This document shows, in pieces, positions 63,751-64,000 of a stretch of 64,000 bases of DNA (positions are counted from its first letter, which is position 1; each line of letters opens with the position of its first letter). The notes beneath the pieces were generated by a model. It did not search any database. It was not told where the DNA came from and worked only from the letters and a program-made list of their open reading frames with translations. Both the position numbers and the translations under genes were made by a program. Location: assembly GCA_002269645.1 (NCBI GenBank), contig NIVC01002329.1:5219-69218 (forward strand). Reading direction: 5' to 3'. Origin of the DNA: Macrostomum lignano (lineage: Eukaryota).

Positions 63751-64000
63751 TCCCCACCATTTACAAAAAGGCATTTGCACTTTTTAAATCAACTTTTTAT
63801 AACTCAAATCCGCCGTACTACAATGAATTTGAATATTTGAAACATAACTCCTGTTTTTTTCCCTCCCTGTTGGCGAAACATGACGATGTTGCTGACTATA
63901 AGAATAAACGGCGTTCGAGTCGATAGCTACAGAAAGACGGTCTCTATAAGATTCAGATTTTATTCAAGATTAGCGGTTTTTTAGAGACTGTTTGACCTCA

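Overview
Eukaryotic (metazoan) genomic DNA: GC-rich spliced exons sit in AT-rich introns packed with about 30 minisatellite arrays. This style suggests a flatworm such as Macrostomum, which is an inference and not verified. I reconstructed by hand four complete spliced genes with frame-consistent GT-AG junctions. They are a 6-exon FMNL/Frl-type formin (+, 5055-22332, 1072 aa), a 2-exon orphan Cys-rich type-I membrane protein (-, 24876-25838, 246 aa), a 3-exon class A GPCR (+, 32657-40546, 505 aa) and a 4-exon atypical opsin (-, 43770-59059, 371 aa). The terminal exon of a probable NmrA-like gene (-, 62651-62851) is also present. Mobile DNA comprises the 5' half of a Ty3/Gypsy LTR retrotransposon (1-1879, -) and a 5'-truncated Penelope-like element with GIY-YIG endonuclease and a minimal hammerhead ribozyme inside opsin intron 2. 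Most long ORFs in the supplied track are translation artefacts of tandem repeats. Main leads: (1) an opsin that keeps Lys296 but lacks both canonical counterions and has degenerate DRY/NPxxY motifs; (2) minisatellites anchored at, and in one case built from, splice-site modules; (3) the microsatellite-embedded PLE with its ribozyme; (4) an orphan receptor-like protein; (5) a fold-back satellite.
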